From NCBI GenBank assembly GCA_902766695.1, contig CACXEY010000254.1, forward strand, positions 1 to 62,606: DNA of 62,606 nt. Direction: 5' to 3'. The notes below the pieces were generated by a model, which saw nothing but the letters and a program-made list of their open reading frames with translations, was not told where the DNA came from and ran no database searches. This DNA comes from an uncultured bacterium (GTDB taxonomy: Bacteria > Verrucomicrobiota > Kiritimatiellia > CAIQIC01 > Lenti-01). The translations under genes were made by a program, and so were the position numbers. This document shows, in pieces, positions 59,240 to 62,606 of the stretch (position 1 is the first letter of the stretch; the number at the start of each line of letters is the position of its first letter).

Positions 59240-59733
59240 GGCAAGTCCTCCAGCAGCGGTTTGTCGGGCGAAACGAGTTGCGGGCACCGGCATCCGGCCC
59301 GCTCCACCACGCTCTTGATGAGGGGCAGCTTCCTCTCGTTCACGATATCCTTGAAATTCCAGCTCAACAAAACGTCCGCCCCCCCTGCCGACGCCACGGC
59401 GATATGCAACGCGTCGTCCGGTTTGGACATCTTCACGCCCCCATTGTGCAACAATTCCCTGGCCAACGCCCTTGCCTTCGCGTCCGCCACCCAGACTGGC
59501 AATCCCGAAACAACCCCCATCCGCCGTGCCGCCCCATCCGCCGGCCCATCGGAGATTTCGGTCAGCACGACCTCCGACACCACGGGCGTCACTTTTCCCT
59601 CCATGCGCCGCAGCCATGCAACGGATTTCTCGTGCTTCGCGAGCTGCGCCGGATCTCCGAGATCCTGCCCCGCCAAATGGCTGACGAAGCTCGTCTCCAG
59701 GTACACGACCGGCTTCTGGACGGCTTTCGTCAT
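59236..59733 (-). CDS. PIN-domain (VapC-like) toxin PIN-3 (165 aa)
   Basis: MTKAVQKPVVYLETSFVSHLAGQDL...PVVSEVVLTEI...DDALHIAVASAGGADVLLSWNFKDIVNERKLPLIKSVVERAGCRCPQLVSP. Closest to PIN-2. Confidence 0.75.
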   Translation of the reverse strand: MTKAVQKPVVYLETSFVSHLAGQDLGDPAQLAKHEKSVAWLRRMEGKVTPVVSEVVLTEISDGPADGAARRMGVVSGLPVWVADAKARALARELLHNGGVKMSKPDDALHIAVASAGGADVLLSWNFKDIVNERKLPLIKSVVERAGCRCPQLVSPDKPLLEDLP

Positions 59734-59997
59734 GCCTTCGCCGCTCCCTTGCGTGCAACGGTTTTCCCTTGCGCGGGCGTCTTCCGCGTCCGCATTCCAA
59801 TCATTTCGGGGCCACCATCCATGTCCCATCCGGGCGCACGCCAAGCGCCGGGGGCCCCGCGCGCGGGGCTCCGGAAAAACGTTTCGACTGCAAGGCAACT
59901 AGACATGACCACTCCATTGCATACTGTACCCCTTCTCCGCCACCGATTGCAATCCGCCCCCGCCCCCGCCGGTAAACCGCTTTACCTGCGTCTCCGG

Positions 59998-60526
59998 TGA
60001 CGAGTGGCGAGTTGGCGAGCATCCCCTTCCCTGCCCACCGGGAATCGCAAGGTTTTCGCCAGCGAAGCCGCGGGCGGATGCCCCGCCCGTTTTTCCCTTT
60101 CCCTCCCGCCCGCGTTGCGGTCGCACCCCGGCTCGTCCCGCCACTCGCGATATCAAGGAAAACATGTGGAACATCCCCATGTTTTCCACATGATTACGCC
60201 CATGAACGTTCCCACCGCGCCCTTCCAACACGGCCCCGCGCCAGAAACGCACTCTCCGCCGGCTTTCCGCTGGTAGGGCGGGCAGTCCCTGCCCGCCGGA
60301 GACCGGAACGCCGAAGGAGGGCACCGGGAATTCGCGGACGCGTGTATTCCGTTGGTACAGGATGGATTGCATCCTGGCGAATTGCATCCGCGCCCCCGAC
60401 GGCATCCGCTTGCACGTTCCGGTTTCCGGCGGCGAAGGGACTCGCCGCCCTACCACCGCGCTTCGCGCAAGGAACGCTCTCTCCGCCGGATTTCCGCGGA
60501 TAGGGCGGGCAGTCCCAGCCCGCCGC
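59998..60526. repeat. repeat-rich non-coding region: heptamer array, hairpins and three TAGGGCGG-type palindromes
   Basis: tgacgag tggcgag ttggcgag (59998-60019). 60024-60060 is a copy of 15304-15340, and ccactcgcgatatcaaggaaaa (60141-60162) is a copy of 2098-2120. Hairpin ggaaaacatgtgg..ccatgttttcc. Palindromes at 60277-60297, 60428-60450 and 60502-60526. 60370-60450 is an inverted copy of 15139-15215. Confidence 0.75.
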
Positions 60527-60642
60527 GCGCATGGTTTTCCACTGCGCCGCAACCGGTTCGCGCGGACGCGATGGATTGTTCCCCCCCCCCGTACGGGACG
60601 TCGTGCCCGAACGGGAACCGGCCGCCGGCCCGGCGGGGCGGG

Positions 60643-62391
60643 TCAAGGCGGGGTGCAGCGGATGCCGAGGAGGCAGACGTCGTCTTCGAATTCGGTGCAG
60701 GAGCCGAATTCGGCGGCGTCGGAGACGATGGCGGAAAGCAGCGCGTCGAGGGGGGTGCCGCCGTGCGCCTGGAGGGAGTGGATGAGGCCTTCCTCGGAGA
60801 ATTCGTCCTGGGCGGCGTTGCGGGTCTCGGTCAGGCCGTCGGTGTAGAAGAGGTACTGGGCGCCGGGCGCCAGCGGGGCCGCGAACTGGGCGTAGGCGGC
60901 GTCGGGGAAGAGGCCGAGGGCCGGGCCGAGGACGTCTTCGGGCACCGCCGCTTCGTGCGCGGGGGCGTCGGCCGACATCACGATGGGGAGCGGATGGCCG
61001 GCGTGGGCGTAGGCGATGGCCCCGGCCGCGACGTCGATGCGCATACAGCTGGCCGTCGCGAACATCAGTTCGCCGGCGCGGCCGAAGATGCGGCAGTAGG
61101 CCGCGTTGAGGCGGGTCAGGAATTCACCGGGCTCCTGCGTCTCCTTCGCGATCTGTTCGAGCAGGCCGCGGAGGGTCGCGACGACCAGCGACGCGCGCAC
61201 GCCGTGGCCCATGACGTCGGCCACGAAGACCATGACGCGGCTGGGCGAGAGTTTCAGGAGGCTGAAGAAGTCGCCGCCGACCAGGCCGCTCGGGTGGTAG
61301 ACGTGCGCGAAGGAGAGGGTGCCGGCGGGGCCCGAGACGGCGGGGTAGCCGGCGGGGAGGAAGGCGTACTGGAGGTCGCGCGCCATGCGCAGGTCCGCCT
61401 CCATCTCCTCGTTCTTCTGGCGCAGCTGCGTGGCGTAGTGCTCCAGCTGCTGCTGGGCGGTGCGGGCGGGGGTCACGTCCACGAGGGAGATGACGATGCC
61501 GGTCATCGCGCCGTCGGGGTTCAGGTTGGGCGCGAGGGCCGCCTGCGCGAAGAACGGGGTGCCGTCGGTGCGGCGCATCTCGAGTTCGCCCGCCCAGGTG
61601 CCGCCCTGCTGCGCGCTCTCCAGCATGTCGGCCATCAGCGCGGGCTCGGCCATGAATTCGTCGAAGCGGTGCTGCATCGCCTCTTCGGCCGAGGCGAGGC
61701 CGAGGAGCTGCATCATGGCCGGGTTGACGTAGCCGGCGAGGACGCCTTCGACGTCCGCCACGGCGATGCCTCCGCCGGCGTTCTGCAAGGCGTTGAAGCC
61801 GGTCTGCAGGCGCTCCTCGCGCTCGCGCCGCAGCGTGATGTCGCGCACGAAGAAGCTCAGGTGCTGCTGGCCGCCGATCTTGAGGTGCGATACGGAGATT
61901 TCCGCCGGGAACATCGTCTCGTCGGTGCGGCGGCAGAGCGCCTGGATCAGCACGAAGCGGTTGTTCTGGAGCGTCCCCAGGATGGTGTCGAGCAGGCTGC
62001 GTTCGGCGCCGCAGAGCCAGTCGAAGATGTTCGTCTTGCGGAACTCGGCGCGGGTGGAGTGGAAGAACTGTTCCGCGCGCGCGTTGGCCGTCTGGATGGC
62101 GCCCGCGGGATCGGTGATGAAGACGGCGTCGTAGATGCTCTGGAGCAGGACCTGGAAATCCTCGCCGCCGAGCGGGCGCGCCACCGCGGAGGGGATGCGG
62201 ATGACGGCGGGCCCGCCGGGCCGTCCGGCGTAGGGGGAGGCCCCGGCGCCGCCGCGCGCGATGCGGGCGGTGGTGGTCGCGACGGGCGCCTGCTGGAGCT
62301 GTTCGAGCATCGCGGGCGTGATGTCGATCCGCATGGTGGCCTGGGATTGGGTGGACGCGTCTTCTTGGGGGTTCTGGCTCATGGGGGGCAT
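60643..62391 (-). CDS. PAS-PAS-PP2C (SpoIIE/RsbU-like) serine phosphatase
   Basis: Two PAS-like segments (SIYDAVFITDPAGAIQTANARAEQFF..; GGGIAVADVEGVLAGYVNPAMMQLLG..). A coiled linker follows, then PP2C/SpoIIE motifs ARDLQYAFLP...SGLVGGDFF...VFVADVMGHGVRASL...YTDGLTE. The start is ambiguous (ATG 62391 or 62382; the ORF-track start is 62424). Confidence 0.85.
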   Translation of the reverse strand: MPPMSQNPQEDASTQSQATMRIDITPAMLEQLQQAPVATTTARIARGGAGASPYAGRPGGPAVIRIPSAVARPLGGEDFQVLLQSIYDAVFITDPAGAIQTANARAEQFFHSTRAEFRKTNIFDWLCGAERSLLDTILGTLQNNRFVLIQALCRRTDETMFPAEISVSHLKIGGQQHLSFFVRDITLRREREERLQTGFNALQNAGGGIAVADVEGVLAGYVNPAMMQLLGLASAEEAMQHRFDEFMAEPALMADMLESAQQGGTWAGELEMRRTDGTPFFAQAALAPNLNPDGAMTGIVISLVDVTPARTAQQQLEHYATQLRQKNEEMEADLRMARDLQYAFLPAGYPAVSGPAGTLSFAHVYHPSGLVGGDFFSLLKLSPSRVMVFVADVMGHGVRASLVVATLRGLLEQIAKETQEPGEFLTRLNAAYCRIFGRAGELMFATASCMRIDVAAGAIAYAHAGHPLPIVMSADAPAHEAAVPEDVLGPALGLFPDAAYAQFAAPLAPGAQYLFYTDGLTETRNAAQDEFSEEGLIHSLQAHGGTPLDALLSAIVSDAAEFGSCTEFEDDVCLLGIRCTPP

Positions 62392-62606
62392 CCTACCAGC
62401 CGCGGGCGGGAGCGCAACCCCCAATGCGGGTGGAGAGGGACAAGATGAAATGCGGGAGACGAATGCAAGGGGAAAACCACGGCCGCGGGCCGCCGTACTT
62501 CATGTGGGGGACCATGACGGAAAAGGGGATGAAAGTCCAATGTTTTCCGTAATCTCAAATGCATGCCGCCCCCCCCGCCGGAACACCCCCCCTCCCCCAC
62601 CCCCCC

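Noticed and set aside
16793-59900. The giant-gene block as a mobile genomic island.
   Set aside because: No integrase, transposase, tRNA attachment site or clean direct repeats were found at the block edges. The flanking repeat copies belong to families dispersed through the window, and hemW separates the left copies from the block.
59899-60552. ORFs 59899..60552 (-, 217 aa) and 59997..60503 (+, 168 aa) in the 0.7-kb gap before the phosphatase gene.
   Set aside because: They are read across palindromic and dispersed repeat copies (the same peptide phrases recur from the repeat copies at 15.1-15.3 kb). The composition is Arg/Pro/Gly-rich, and there is no SD or family signature.
62531-62538. 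RNase P RNA-like GAAAGTCC core near the right edge.
   Set aside because: Only an 8-nt match was found. The flanking sequence lacks the GGAGGAAAGTCCGGGC context and the other conserved RNase P helices.

Overview
62.6-kb, high-GC (roughly two-thirds G+C by eye) bacterial chromosomal segment. The gene content (autotransporter-associated beta-strand repeats, giant FN3/Ig-rich surface proteins, prepilin peptidase, MalE-like binding protein) suggests a PVC-group or similar Gram-negative organism, but this is inference only. 1-16.7 kb holds ordinary housekeeping genes: an unknown membrane protein, a small membrane protein, comEC, prepilin peptidase, obg, thrC, a MalE-like binding protein, a TPR lipoprotein, a 29-codon bS22-like micro-ORF that is absent from the ORF track, hisG, grpE and hemW. 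16.8-59.7 kb (about 69% of the window, all minus strand) holds two tandem paralogous giant secreted-protein genes of 23.2 kb (~7,744 codons) and 15.2 kb (~5,054 codons). They share a collinear C-terminal part of ~3,850 residues. Each is preceded by a cassette of PIN-domain toxin genes plus small partner genes. Every junction from the first PIN gene to the giant gene is an overlap (ATGA, TGATG, TAGTG, ATGAATAG) or a 3-nt gap, so the two units look like translationally coupled operons of 8 genes (26.2 kb) and 4 genes (16.2 kb). A DUF1016/YhcG-type PDDEXK nuclease gene sits inside the leader of giant gene 1. 59.9-60.6 kb is repeat-rich non-coding DNA, and 60.6-62.4 kb encodes a PAS-PAS-PP2C (SpoIIE/RsbU-like) phosphatase. 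Intergenic DNA carries several dispersed repeat families, including TTGYSAC heptamer arrays that form long hairpins and TAGGGCGG-type palindromes with 9-bp stems. No rRNA, tRNA, CRISPR array, transposase, integrase or phage gene was recognised. The long plus-strand ORFs over the giant genes are GC-driven shadow ORFs. All family assignments were made by eye from motifs; no database search or computation was run.
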